A stretch of DNA of 63,613 nucleotides, counting the filler, from Cystobasidiomycetes sp. EMM_F5 (Eukaryota): the NCBI GenBank assembly GCA_051047955.1. It is 38 parts of 38 records of this genome, joined end to end, with 100 filler letters (N's around TTAATTAATTAA, not from the genome) between each part and the next. Parts side by side here need not be neighbours in the genome. Positions count along the whole stretch, not along the records: positions 1 to 2,160 come from JBPGPT010000120.1; positions 2,261 to 4,362 come from JBPGPT010000121.1; positions 4,463 to 6,541 come from JBPGPT010000122.1; positions 6,642 to 8,692 come from JBPGPT010000123.1; positions 8,793 to 10,793 come from JBPGPT010000124.1; positions 10,894 to 12,880 come from JBPGPT010000125.1; 32 more parts are not named here. One strand, 5' to 3'. The first letter of the stretch is position 1. Each line of letters opens with the position of its first letter. Both the position numbers and the translations under genes were made by a program. The notes below the pieces were generated by a model. That model was not told the origin of the DNA. It saw only the letters and a list, made by a program, of their open reading frames with translations, and did not search any database. This document shows positions 1-12,980 of this stretch, piece after piece.

Positions 1-485
1 ATGGGTTCAAAGTCTCTCGCTGCCTGCGGCTGAAGCTGATTGTGAATGGCCTTTCGTAGCCTCCTCCATCGGTCATTGTACCCCACGAGTAGAATCCGTT
101 TATCGCCAGACACAGTTTCGCCTGGCTTCTTACATCAGCGAATAAATAGGGCAGCTTAAGATGTATTAGTACCCGCAACGATTGTTCTTGGTCGATCCGC
201 TGTGTCTCTGGCATTCTTCTCCAGAAGAGTGTGCGATGTTGCTACATCATTGCAAATGACGATTGGCTGACGTCCATCCCACACGGTCACAAGAGGTCCA
301 TACTCTTTGCTAAGGGCATGGTAATACTTCCAAGGGTGCTTGGGGATAGTATTACCGAACAGAGGATGTGGATTGGGACCAGGTGGGAGTCTGGTGCCTC
401 TGCGACTGGGTGAAAGCCAGTTGTAGGCTTGGAATGCGAGAAGGACGATACTGATTGCTATCGCAGAGAGATACAGGTTGGCCAT
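1..485 (-). CDS. Cytochrome P450, N-terminal part (spliced, 3' truncated)
   Basis: ATG at 485; hydrophobic anchor, basic stretch, LPPGPNPHPLFGN proline hinge, YGPLVTV, ADRP; the next exon gives GYNDRWRRLRKAIH (WxxxR motif). Confidence 0.92.
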
Positions 486-612
486 GATGGGTCGTCGAGA
501 TTGAGCCGTTTCTAGCGCAAAGAAGTGTAGGCCTAACTGATATCGAAATCGCAGCCGATCTGCAAGATACAACGACCGACGCGCAAAGCACGTATTACTC
601 CAATCTGGGATC

Positions 613-721
613 AGGACACCAGGTCTCCGGACGGAGAGGCTCTAGCCAGAACAGCCGGACACCTTGCGTCCGGTACTCACGTGCTGCCAAGAATGGTGAC
701 TTTCCGGACAAGACCTGTCCG
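613..721. promoter_or_regulatory. Cluster of CGG-N11-CCG (Gal4-type Zn2Cys6) sites in a divergent promoter
   Basis: Perfect sites at 656-672 and 705-721 and one-mismatch AGG-N11-CCG at 613-629, between the P450 ATG (485) and the MFS ATG (836). Confidence 0.6.
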
Positions 722-835
722 ATACCGGCGGCCAAAATTCCGGGGCACCGTGGCCAGCCAGTATATGATTACAAAGCATTGTGCTACTCTCCTGCCCTCT
801 CCTCCCCTCTCCACATTTCTGTAACTTTGGCCACG

Positions 836-2160
836 ATGTCCTCAGCCTCCGCCTATGAGCGCGACATGGACGACAAGGCAATGGTATCTCATGAAGAGGA
901 TAGTCACAGCGACAAGCATCATGGGCACGCCCTTGCCGACGCGGTCGCCCGCGGCCAGCCTGCTACAGATCATCTTGGGAATGCACTGGTCGAGATCGAC
1001 CGGAACGCTGTCACAAAGTTACGGCGAAAAATTGACCTTGCCATCCTTCCTACGGTATTCTTTCTGTACCTATTCTGTTTTATTGACAGAGCAAATATAG
1101 GTGCGAAATATTCCGTGTTTTCACATTGTCTCCATCTACCCTCGCTGAATGCAACCTATGACTACGTATGATAGGCAATGCGCGCATTGCCGGCCTCGAA
1201 AAGGACCTTGGTATGGCTGGATACGACTATAACATGGTCTTGACTTCATTTGCGATAACCTACATTGTCGCCGAGATCCCTTCGAATGTGCTATGCAAGA
1301 AAATCGGACCCGGATGGTATCTGCCTGCAATCACGCTAATATTTGGCGGCCTATCGATAGCTACGGGCTATGTCAAATCTTATGGTGCTATGTGTGGTGT
1401 GCGTGCCTTGCTCGGCATTTTCGAAAGTGGAATGATGCCAGGCATTGGTAAGCGAGCCATACTTTACCAAATGTTTCCTGCTAATGTACGACCCTCTTCC
1501 AGCTTACTACTTGTCAAGATGGTACACGAGAGCAGAACTATCCTTTCGCATTGCATGCTATCTCGTTACGTCGCCCTTGGCTGGGGGCTTCGGTGGATTG
1601 ATCGCATCTGGAATCTTAAAACTCGACAATATCGGAGGGTGAGTGTATCACGAATATAACGACATGATCAGCACGCTTAATTGTCCCCTGTCTCATCCTT
1701 TGTCTGCGCTCTGAAGTGCAAAGACTTGGCGGATGCTTTTCATCGTAGAGGGAGCCATAACAATGTGCTTGGCGGCCATCGCTTTTCTTACACTGACCGA
1801 CCGTCCAGCATCGGCGCGTTGGCTTAATGAAGAGGAGAAGAAACTTGCCGTCTTGCGACTCAAAGTTGAACGCATCGACACCACCGAAGTTTTGGACAAC
1901 ATGGATAAAATCAAGTTACTGAGGGGGATGTTCTCGCCAGTCACGCTTCTCACGGCGTTGATATTCCTTGCTACGACCGTGCCTGTCAACGCGCTCGCTT
2001 TCTTCCTCCCCACTGTTATCCGTACGCTTTATCCGACGAACACGACTATCGAACAGCAACTCTTGACCGTACCTCCATATATTGTATATTTGGGATAGCA
2101 TGTGAAACTTATGAGCCCTCGACTGACCGTCTTCTGCAGGTTGGGGCGTTCTTCACTTTA
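836..2160 (+). CDS. MFS transporter, anion:cation symporter (Dal5/Tna1-like), spliced, 3' truncated
   Basis: RKIDLAILP, FIDRANIGNARIAGL, EIPSN, GIFESG, WRMLFIVEGAIT, ARWLNEEEK motifs across GT-AG introns. Confidence 0.92.
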
Positions 2161-2260
2161 NNNNNNNNNNNNNNNNNNNNNNNNNNNNNNNNNNNNNNNN
2201 NNNNTTAATTAATTAANNNNNNNNNNNNNNNNNNNNNNNNNNNNNNNNNNNNNNNNNNNN
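2161..2260. other. Artificial contig linker N44-TTAATTAATTAA-N44 (first of 37; others start at 4363, 6542, 8693, 10794, 12881, 14886, 16847, 18699, 20541, 22348, 24137, 25895, 27621, 29301, 30930, 32558, 34178, 35757, 37335, 38888, 40439, 41988, 43536, 45079, 46572, 48049, 49521, 50985, 52437, 53864, 55278, 56687, 58087, 59482, 60871, 62248)
   Basis: Identical 100-nt spacer with stops in all six frames; the intervening contigs decrease steadily in length. Confidence 0.99.
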
Positions 2261-2951
2261 GCTGAGCAAGAGGACCGGATAAGTCAGGGTCATCTGGCCG
2301 CAACCATCTCGGGAATTTGAAGCACGAATACTACCTTTAATTGCCCATAGTTCTGCCAGAACGGGGTCGTGTCAGAGGCATTGGGACTGTAGGAATGGAG
2401 TAAAGCATCAGTCGTCTTGCATGTAGCTCTCGCGTCACTCCGGCCATCGACCGTACATTTTTGCCCAGTTGACCTTGGACGGTGGGGACATTGTATCGCG
2501 ATAGAGTGACTTGGGGAGAGGGATGCAGCGGGAAAAGGAGAGGTGCGAAACGAGCCAGCAAGATACCGAAAGTCAGACGCCCAGAAGCAGTCAAAATCCG
2601 AGATATGTGACCCGTTGTCGCCTATCAACTGCCCCGTCCGCAGAACGGGCCAGAATGGAGCATTAATACAGGATAAGGGCGCGCGGCCGAGAAATCAGCG
2701 GATCAGTATTATCGCTGATGCTTGATGCCTTGTCAGGAACCCGTCCGTCGTAAAAGCGGACGAGATATCGGTAACTCAGCTAACTCAAAGTGCTCCGTCT
2801 GCCTTGCGGGCGAGTCTGCAGCGCAAGCTCACGGCTAGAAGGGTGAAAATGTTCACTCATCTGAAGGTCAACTTTGGACTTCCGAGACGATCTCTTGGTC
2901 ACAGTCAAGGCATCGAGATTTGGACATTTGACGAAACAACAGGTCGCTACA

Positions 2952-4362
2952 ATGGTAAACGCGCCAGAGACGGAGGCCTACACCTTTCCCCCCTTCAAAT
3001 ATGCATATTTGTTGGATTCAGTCAAGTACGGTGACTGGCGAGACTCGCTCGTCACGGATGGCTATGTCGTCGTCAAAGAAGCTGTTCCAAGACTGGAAGC
3101 CCTCGAGTACCGCGACAAGGCCTTTGCCTGGCTAGAGTCCTTTGATCTCGGCTTCGACCGCCATCGTCCAGAGACGTGGAAAAACGAACATATGCCGGTG
3201 CATATAAAAGGTGGTAAGTAGCGGCCATGGCAAACCCTTGGTACATTCATTACCGTTGCGCTGATGTCAAATGCATCTTATGACGAACGTCTCGTGTTCA
3301 AAGGCATGTTCCATTCCTACGGCATAGCGCACGAACAATGGGTCTGGGATCTCCGCACAGAAGCAGGAATCTGCGACGCTTTCAGCAAAGTCTGGGGCAC
3401 CAGCAAGCTCGTCACGTCCTTCGATGGAGCCTCAGTGATGCTGCCCAATCGATCTGATGTGACGGATGGAGGCAAATGTAGGCTGCGATTGCAGGTTCAG
3501 CATCACTACCGCTTGCTGAAAGGTCGTCTCCGCTCAGGGCAACACACTGACCAGTCCCCGTGCCGCCGGGGATTCTATTGCGTTCAGGGTATGAGAGCTT
3601 TGTCACAGCATCGCGTTTGTCTATCTCTGACGGGGATGTGGATGGACAGGCTTGGTCAATCTGAACGAGAATGGGCCCGATGATGGTGGCTTGATGGTGC
3701 TCAAGGGCAGCTCCAAGTTGTTCGAGTCATATTTCGATGAGATGGGTGGCCGTAACCTGCGTCAACAAGACAATTGGGGTCCAGTAGATTGGCGAGGTTT
3801 GTTGCCGGACGTAGGGAGTGTGTAAGATGGAATCGTCTAAGTTGAGTATTTCTATCGTAGGGTTCGGAGACGATGAGATACAGTGGTTCTATGACAAGGG
3901 CTGTCAATGGGAAAAGGTTTGTGCTGGACCAGGAGACCTGATCTTATGGGATAGTCGGTGAGTCAGCTCGAGCGACCTACGTTGGCCAAATACCAGATAT
4001 TCACTGAAGCTCTTGCCTTGCCATACTGGCAGGACCATACATTACAATGTACGGCCGACGGGAAAGGTAGACAGAGTCTGCTCGTACATCTGCATGGCCC
4101 CCGCGGAGCTACTCTCCGACGAAGACAGGAAGATTCGCATCGATGCATTCAAGAACTATCGCAACACGGTAAGTCAGTCCGTGGCATTCGAAAACGGCAC
4201 TTCCATTTCTGCGCAACTGGCTGAAGATTGTGTTATGCTGTGTCGCAGACTCACGTCCCTTTCGCCGCAATATACTCGCGACCTCATCAGGCCGTCTTGC
4301 GCAGCGATGGTCAGCCTTGCGCGAAGGATACCGGACGACCACAGGCCCTGCCAAAAGAGACT
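2952..4362 (+). CDS. Phytanoyl-CoA dioxygenase (PhyH)-like Fe(II)/2OG oxygenase, spliced, 3' truncated
   Basis: DGYVVVKEAVP, LVTSFDG, HTDQ (HxD), VQGLVNL, GGLMVLKGSS, AGPGDLILWDSRTIHYN (distal His). Confidence 0.85.
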
Positions 4363-4462
4363 NNNNNNNNNNNNNNNNNNNNNNNNNNNNNNNNNNNNNN
4401 NNNNNNTTAATTAATTAANNNNNNNNNNNNNNNNNNNNNNNNNNNNNNNNNNNNNNNNNNNN

Positions 4463-6327
4463 ATGTCAGTGAAGAACCCTAACCGACATATGCTAAGATG
4501 GCAGCTAGCTATCCAAGAGCACCGAGGTCATATGACGGTACATCACCGACCCGGAGTATCCAACAAAAATGCCGATGGCCTTAGTAGAAGTGCTCTTGCC
4601 AATGATGCTGACAACCCAGCTGCAGATTTAACGGATGACATCGCTATTATTCATGCAATCAATATTGCCGAGCTGTCAGACGATTGGGATGCCAGCATCA
4701 AAGCCGGAATAGATCTAGATGGTCGACTAGCACGGATTCGAGATGCACTACGAAACGATAGCAAGGTCACACTACAAGATGCAGAGAAAGACCTCTCTCC
4801 TCAAGTACTAAGAGCTCTTCGTAGTTGCCGGTTCTTCTTGTACGATGAATCTCTACAACTACGAATCGGCGCATCTGCAGTTCCCTGCATTGGGGACACA
4901 CCAAATAAGCAACTGATCATCTCTGCTTGTCACGATGACCTCACTTCTGGTCATTTTGGCTATGATCGTACTTTGGCAAAAGTACGAAGCCACGCATGGT
5001 GGCCGGATATGACAAAGGATATTAAAATATGGTGCGATACGTGCACTACATGCTCAATGTCTAAACGCACCACAGGAAAACAATCTGGATTGCTTCAACA
5101 CATAGAAAACCCGAAACGGCCATGGGATATTATCCACATGGACTTCGTCACTGCTCTTCCTACGTCAACCACGCAAGGATTCAACGCAGTACTAGCCATA
5201 TGTGATCGAGCAACCAAATCCGCCTGGTTTCTACCAGTACATGACACAAGTACTGCTAAGGACATTGCTTCGTACTTTGGAAACACTGCTTTTCGACCGT
5301 GGGCTTTCCAAGGATCATCATTTCGGACAGAGATCCTAAGTTCACAAGTGATTTCTGGAAGTACTTACAACGTAGACTCGGAACGACCCTTAGTATGTCA
5401 ACCGCACATCACCCACAAACGGATGGACTGGCCGAACGAATCATCCAGACACTTGTGGACATGATCCGACGATATTGCGCCTTCGGACTTGCTCATGTGG
5501 ATGCCGAAGGGTTTCGACATGATTGGGTTGACTTGTTACCTGCTTTACAGTTTGCATACAACTCTACGCCTCATGCTGTTACTGGAAAAGCTCCATACCT
5601 ACTAGAACGAGGATGGATTCCCCGCACACCGTTTTCGATGGTAACTACTAGTAGTACGAACGAAGTACGAATCGATCCAAGCGCAGCAAACATCGCTAGC
5701 ATGCTCGAGCAGGCTCGAAACCATGCTCATGAATGCGTAGAAGCGGCTTACGATGTCCATAAAGCTCGATGGGACTCTTCGCACGTACCTACTAAGCTCA
5801 AGGTTGGCGACTTAGTACTTCTAAGTACTAAGCACTTTGGTACCGTGGGAAGCCGAAAACTCAAGGATCCATGGGTTGGACCATTTGCCATCCAAGATAT
5901 GATTGGTGAGAACGCTGCCAGACTTAAACTCACTCCACCTTTCGATCGGAAGCATAACACTTTCCCGGTTTCGCTACTAAAATTGCAACAGATAGCTGAA
6001 CCTGGAAGCGTCGCCGATAGAAAACAACCTGGACGCAAAGGACCAGTACGACTAGACGAAGAAGGCACTGTACACTGGAGCATGGAACGCATCAGCGACC
6101 AAGCCTGGGTAGCGGACCCGAAAACAAAGAAACCAATTCTGGAATATCTCTGTCATTGGGAAGGATACCCGGATCCAACCTGGGAACCGGCTACCACTAT
6201 TGAAAAGGACTGTCCTGATGCAGTACGTGAATGGCGTGCCACTAGACGTGCTGATCTAGCAGAAGAACCGCTTCGTACTGGGCTTCGTACTAACAATCGT
6301 AGTACGAAGGTAGGTACTAAGCACTAA
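4463..6327 (+). mobile_element. Ty3/Gypsy family A pol 3' part: end of RNase H, integrase (HHCC + core) and chromodomain; one -1 indel near 5277
   Basis: NADGLSR, HDDLTSGH...CDTC, MDFVT, IISDRD, HPQTDGLAER, GPF module, YLCHWEGYPDPTWEP chromodomain. Confidence 0.95.
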
Positions 6328-8792
6328 ACACTAAAAGGAACTATTGTTCCCACACGTCAAATATATACCCGATCTGTCTGGAATCATATGTACTACTCAA
6401 ATGCGTCTCTCTGGTCTGGCTCTGCGACTCCCCCCTCACTTTTATACAAAAACCCCTAAACTACTAAGGAACAAAAACCATATTAATAGGCAAATCAAAC
6501 ACGTATTGCTGGAAAGAAAACTATATACTTGAAATACAACANNNNNNNNNNNNNNNNNNNNNNNNNNNNNNNNNNNNNNNNNNNNTTAATTAATTAANNN
6601 NNNNNNNNNNNNNNNNNNNNNNNNNNNNNNNNNNNNNNNNNACTTGTAGCTCTTACTTAGACCAATCTACATGAAGTCCATCCTCGACATTCAATAAGAA
6701 TTTCTGCTTTGACGGCTTGGGCTGATAGTTATTGAAAACAAGCAGGAATTAGGCTCAACTTTCATGCTCTCCAACCAACGGTCTACCACTCTATCATCGA
6801 GAACGGCGGCAAAACTCTGGGACACATCACGGCCAGGCGCCAACGACATGGAGACGCCCGTCATAAATCAGAGACCAATGCAGAGGCCGGGCGGTGGTAC
6901 TGTACTTCGTCTCTGTTTTGTTGTATTCGCTTTCTATCAACATCAAGCCCAGATCTCCACCGTAGCTACCAGTATCTTCAGCAGAGCGGTTCATTTGACA
7001 GGCGAAATGTCCTCTGTTCAACAATCCGGCGATTTGTCACTCGACATATTTGAGCGCTGTCTTGAAAGCAGCAGCTGGTGGAAGTTCAGTAGCAAGCGAA
7101 AGTCCAGTAGCAGGGGATTCGGAGTCAGACGATTCAGTGAAACTCGTCACCACAGCCATCAATGCAAAATGCGACGCTTGCTATCTCATCGATTGTTTAG
7201 ACGTACAGAAATAGGAGCCGATGTTACAATTGTTGCAATCCGAATTTCTGCCCTTACCCGTTGCACTGCCACTATGAATGTGCGTAAAATCAGGCAAAAA
7301 TGACCGCAGTATTTGTTCAATGATTGATGTGGACACATTCAGGTATTTTGCTGTAATGTTTGCACACACATCTTTAAAAGTTATTGACGCCTGGCACACT
7401 TCCGGTCAGGGGCGACCTAATGACAAGGGTGGAAATTACTGCTTGACGCCTCGAGTGATCGTTCCGGGACGGCTACAGACATTGTGACATTCAATCTGTT
7501 GCGACGCGCAAAAAGCCGTCTGGTTTGGCCAGATTGACGGGAAGTACCCAAGTTCAGCATACACACGTTAAATGACTCGTCTCTCTGGGACTCATCGTTT
7601 TTTATGAAGATCTCACATGTTGGCTGCGGGACGTCTTTGCAAGGTACAGCCAGTTGGGAGACAGAGAAGAGGCTCCTCGGGCATTCCACCATGGAATAAA
7701 CACTGCTTTAAAGCGACATCAACGGCAACTTAAACAACCTAGCCTGGGTTGACCCTCGTTGCGAGCCTTTATGTGAATGCAGGGGCATACTGAGAACCAT
7801 CCAGTTGGTTCCACGGCGGCGACTCTGGGCTCAAGATATCGTATGCCTGACTTTCTGAAAATCCAAGTTACTTCAAAATCAGGCTGCGCCGGAAAACAAA
7901 AAACTAAGCAGACGGCAGAGACGTATGCTGGCATAACATCGCTCGGCAGCTTGCAAGAAACCCTGCAGATGCATGCAGCCCGTAGTCACACGAACGTTGC
8001 TTCTAAACATTTATTTCATGGGGTTGTCGAAACCTGATGATGCTTATTTATCGCGGCATTGTGATGTCTGACAAGTGGTCTGAATCAATATGTGATCGAT
8101 AAAAGTAGTCGAAAAGATCAGTGGCAGCGCTGGAAGACAAACTCTTTTGTAATTCCCAATGCGAGAGAAACAGAAACGCCGAACAGCATGCTCAGCACAT
8201 GCTCAGCCGTACAGTTACGATACATCCAGTATTGTGGTAAGGCAGTTATCCGACAACGTAGATTGTACCAGTGAATGAAACTGATATGAAGTCTCATTTG
8301 AAATCATTAGCGCATAATGGGTAGGAGTACACTGTCATGAGTAATTAGCAGATGCATCGTCTCGCTACGTATCTCGATGAATTGATGTTAAGTTGCTGAC
8401 GCCTTTTCAGTGAGTCTCCAAAGTATCGTTAACACCAGGCCCCCCCACGTGCGCCTAAGTTTGCGATAACCTGGCTGCCTTTCATTGTTATTGTATCTAC
8501 CCGTGTTCCGAGAATCGTGACTTTTGGTGCTTCCGCAAATGCTTGGTCAGTTGTGATTTGTATGTTCGGCCTGTCTTCGAGACAATACAACCATGGTACG
8601 TCAGTATGAACGGTTTGACCGTCAAACATGCGGACTCGGAAGATGTCAGTTGTTAGTTGAACGCGACATGCGTTAGACTGTTGAACGTGAGTNNNNNNNN
8701 NNNNNNNNNNNNNNNNNNNNNNNNNNNNNNNNNNNNTTAATTAATTAANNNNNNNNNNNNNNNNNNNNNNNNNNNNNNNNNNNNNNNNNNNN

Positions 8793-9514
8793 AACAATGC
8801 TCATCAGCGTCGAATCTATACAAGATGCGACATGATCTACTCACCTGCAACATCTGCCTCTGCCAGTCTTTTATAATCTCCTTTGTGAGTCTGACGACCG
8901 TCCTCTTGCCCTTGCTCTTGCTCTGCTGCTTTGCCTTTTTCGTGGTCGATGCGCCTTCTCTCTCTTGATTGTCCTCGTCGTCCCCGTCATCCTCTCCCAC
9001 CCCCTCTCCAAAGTCGAGCAGACCCCTATCGTTCTCTTGGAGGTATCTGTAAAACTCTGGATCCCTCTCTTTGAGTGCTGCCAGAGTGAGCTTGTGCTGC
9101 TCTTCCTCGCCTGCGTGAGTGTGTCAGATGATTGAATTTGCATGATATTTTGACGGATGTCTCACCTTCGAGTCCTTGGAGGTCGTCGTCGTCGTCGTCG
9201 TCGTCGTCTTCCTCCTCACTCAGACCTTCCCCCTGCCCTACCTCTCCATCCTGCCCATCGTCATTGTCATTGTCATTCTCATTCTCATTCTCGACTACCA
9301 GTTCATCATCATCTCCTTCATCCTCCTCCTCCTCCCCTTCCACCCTCTTTGCGTGTCTACCTCTCAACGCCTCCCTGTCCTCCCTCCGCTTTCCCACCTG
9401 CTGCCTCTGCCTCCTCCTCTTTATATCCTCACTCAAATGTCCCTTTTGCGCATACTTTCTCCCGCTCTTTGTCCTCCCTATCCCCTTTGCCTTGCGGGTG
9501 TCCTTGGAGGGCAT
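8793..9514 (-). CDS. NOC2: Nucleolar complex protein 2, N-terminal part (spliced)
   Basis: Basic N-terminus, acidic tract, then LAALKERDPEFYRYLQENDRGLLDF and LTKEIIKDWQ, typical of Noc2. Confidence 0.85.
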
Positions 9515-9938
9515 GGTGGAGGAGATTATGTAATCAGCGTGCTAGTCAATCAAGAGATGGTGATGGTGTACGTGTTAAACATGTCGATATTTGCAGAGTG
9601 ATCGAGTAGACACGTGATTGCAGTGGACGCGCAGAGGGAGACGAGTGGACAAAGAGTATTAGCAGAGCATTCATATTAACAGAGCATCAACGAGCATTGA
9701 CAGAGATTAACAACAACAATGTAGACTGCAATACAAACACAACAGCCTCCCTTGCACACACCCTCAACTGATGAGAATACGCCACTCCCTCAACCTCCGT
9801 ACCTGGCTTTTTGCGGAGGGGACTGCTCGGCAGCTCCGTGAACGACGAGTGAACAAGCTGCAAGGCTTTCGACCAATCTAAACACCAACAATCCCCACCA
9901 TTTGTGCACAAGTTGGCTACACGACTCCATCAACACGC

Positions 9939-10638
9939 ATGTCGTCGGTAGTAGCGGCAGTGAGCGCAGCCGTCAATGGGATTGGGGGAGGGAGAGTCAA
10001 CGGAGCAAACGGGGATGCGAGCAGCGACAACAGCACCACCACCACCACCCTCCTCCTCATACACCCAGAGAGCAACACCCGCACAGCCATACCCATCGAA
10101 AACTCCCTCCTCAGTCACGCACTCAACCTCCGAGAGGAGTTTATAGACAGTCTCGGAGAGGGTCCAAGGGGTCTGCGCTTGAAGGAGCTGGCAAACGAGT
10201 ATGCTGAGCAGCGAAGAGAGGGCGAGGCGGACGATGGAGAATCGCCTGTATCGACACCTCCCACCCCCCTACCCCTCCTCCTCTCCGCCTACTGGCTAGA
10301 CTACCTCGTCAACCACATCGTCACTCGCACGTCGAGCGCAAAAGACACTCGCAACGTACTCGCATCCTCCCTCGACCACTTTCAGGCTGCGTACCTCGTA
10401 GACTTTTCCATCGACATTCACCAAGCTGCAAATCAGCCGACGGGGCAGCATTCCCTCGACCTCGAAGAGAGAAAGACTGTCATTGCGAGTTATGTAGAGG
10501 CGGTGGGCAGAGTGTATCCGGGCGATGATGGTCACTATGGCCCGAGAGGGAGGATGTGGAGGGAGGGGGAAGAGACGAGGGTGTATGCCGTGTTTGGTGG
10601 GCAGGGGTCGAATGAGTATTATTGGGACGAGATGGAGG
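9939..10638 (+). CDS. FAS1: Fungal fatty acid synthase, N-terminus (start of the acetyltransferase domain), first exon
   Basis: VYAVFGGQGSNEYYWDE motif after a helical N-terminal domain (DIH, VIASY); GT donor at about 10639. Confidence 0.8.
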
Positions 10639-10737
10639 TGGGTCTCAGCATTGGCGACCCATTGGCGACAGCCAATGGACATTGGCGTTAGCCAATGGGG
10701 TGTGTGGGGTGTGTCGAATGCTGACGTGGTGTATTTA

Positions 10738-10740
10738 TCT

Positions 10741-10792
<52 letters not shown>

Positions 10793-10793
10793 T
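10738..10793. repeat. (TTTC)n microsatellite at a contig end
   Basis: About 13 tandem TTTC units. Confidence 0.95.
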
Positions 10794-10893
10794 NNNNNNN
10801 NNNNNNNNNNNNNNNNNNNNNNNNNNNNNNNNNNNNNTTAATTAATTAANNNNNNNNNNNNNNNNNNNNNNNNNNNNNNNNNNNNNNNNNNNN

Positions 10894-12734
10894 TGTCGTA
10901 CAGCCTACTCCAGCATCCACTGAAGGGACGTCGCCCGGGGTTGTGGAAGCTACCGATAGAACAGCATGGCATGCCATCTGTTACGACCGCGATGCCTTGA
11001 TGACAGCTGCCAGCCGCAAGCCAAGCCCTCCGTTGATGCCCATGCAACTCTCCCATCCATCGTTGCTTGGCGAGTCTGATGTCGACCAGCGTCACGAAGA
11101 CACCGCTGCCAAAGTGTACCAGGCAAGAACCGATTACGAAACATCACTAGACCCTATTGAATGTGCCATCTTGGACGTTCAGCAGGCGCAACACCTCCTT
11201 ACTTTCTACTTTGCAAATCTACGGCCGTGGGTGCATCTATTAGATCCTCGTCTCCATACCTTGCAGTATATTCGGACGAAAAGTCCGTTCCTGCTTACAG
11301 CCGTCTCGTTGGTGGCGTCCTACTTCAGTGACCATCATCGTCATCTATCGCATTACCTATCCATCCATGCCGATTCTCTTTTTCTGCGGGTGGTGAAGGA
11401 TGGCTATCGGTCCCTTGAAATCGCGCAAGCACTCTGCATTCTTGCAGCTTGGGCGCCTGCCAAGCAGGATGGGGACACGGAACGGTCTTGGACCCTTCTT
11501 GGGCTTGCAGCGTGAGTGCTTACCCTGCCTGCCAGCGAGCTCCAATTTGCTGATTGGGCGCGATGTTTACAGACGCATCGCCACGGAGATCAGGCTTGAC
11601 TGTTCCTTGCCAACAGCAATGCGTCCGTTGCAGATCTCTCCGCACGAGGACCTGTTACAGATGGACCGAGTAAACACCTGGATGATCATCTGCGTGTCCG
11701 ACATGTCGATGTCACTTTCAACCGGACGATCTCCATCTGTCAAAACAAACGGATTCGCGAAAACGACGACGTTGTTACAAGGCCACGTTCCGCGGGACAC
11801 TCGGGCTCTATTTGCCTTGCGTATGGCTGTCGCCCAGTGCATTGATCGATGTTCAGCTTTACAGAGTAGCAATCAGCTAACCGCCGAAGACCGCGAGATG
11901 TACTTGCGGTACTGGAAGGACGCTGTAGCTCAGGTCTACGAAATGGATAACGTGAAGAGTATTTCACATCATCAACGCTGCCAGCGATAGCCCTTTAACT
12001 CCTATCCCGTTGTGATTCCGGGAATAGATCCTTTTTTGGATTTACAGTACCAACATGCGCATCTGATCCTAAATTGTAGTGCTTTACGGTTTCGTGCAGA
12101 CAAGAAGGAGTTACTGAGCCTCACCAGGCGTACTGCCATCGAGCTCTTGGAAGGAGTCCTTGTTTGGCAACATGCTCCAATGCGTTGCGCTTCCAATTAC
12201 AGCATCACTCACGTTGCGTAAGTCCGCGTATTTGTATGCTCGCGGAGAATACTGCTGATGCTTCATTGCGCAAGATATGCCGCAGTTGTACTCTGCCGCA
12301 TAATCCAGCTTGAATTCTGGACGCTGCAACCGAATTATATACGCAATGCGATGCAAATCTGCCGCAAAATGGTGGGATTACTCAACGAGATAGGGCAGTC
12401 TCGACTCCATGGCTATTCTGTAGCGACCGCATATGCAGCTAACCTTGCCGCCATCGTTGCAAGGATTTCCGCCTTCACCGTCGAGACGGTGCAGCCATCT
12501 CATGCCGATATTCCTCAAACTGGCAGTACCAGCACCGATACATTGTGGAGCACTCACTCACAAAACGATTTGGATCTCTTTCAAGAATATTTTGACTGGA
12601 CATCGTTCGCAGAAGTTAGCGCACCAAGTCAGCCTCTTCATGGCCATCTTCCACAAGGAGGCTATATAACCGGCACAGGTTGGGTTTCTGGCGGTCTGGA
12701 GGACATGCCATGGTCATTCGGATCTACGTATTGA
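10894..12734 (+). CDS. Fungal-specific transcription factor (Fungal_trans/MHR domain), 5' truncated, spliced
   Basis: LLTFYF, LLDPRLHT, SPFLLTAV, SLEIAQALCIL, SWTLLGLAARIATEIRL, RVNTW...D. Confidence 0.85.
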
Positions 12735-12980
12735 ATCAATATGCCTGCGGGTCGTGAGGCATGTCTTTGCAAATGAGGGCGAAGCTTGACAGAACATTGG
12801 ATACACAGCCTATTGTGTCAGAAGCACGCTAATGCTTTCAAAAGCATGACAAAATGTTGATCTCGGTGATGAGCTAAACGNNNNNNNNNNNNNNNNNNNN
12901 NNNNNNNNNNNNNNNNNNNNNNNNTTAATTAATTAANNNNNNNNNNNNNNNNNNNNNNNNNNNNNNNNNNNNNNNNNNNN

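Noticed and set aside
5270..5300. Frameshifts in the family A integrase (also at about 24990, 39690 and 54648) as programmed recoding or decay
   Set aside because: Each is repaired by one base in a short homopolymer, which is more consistent with sequencing indel error; needs read-level confirmation
6642..8692. Contig with several short ORFs (e.g. 6764-7303)
   Set aside because: No recognisable motif or consistent exon chain; may be decayed sequence, so left unannotated
9132..9609. Ser-, Arg/His- and Val/Ile-rich ORFs on the plus strand
   Set aside because: They are shadows of the acidic low-complexity tract of NOC2 on the minus strand
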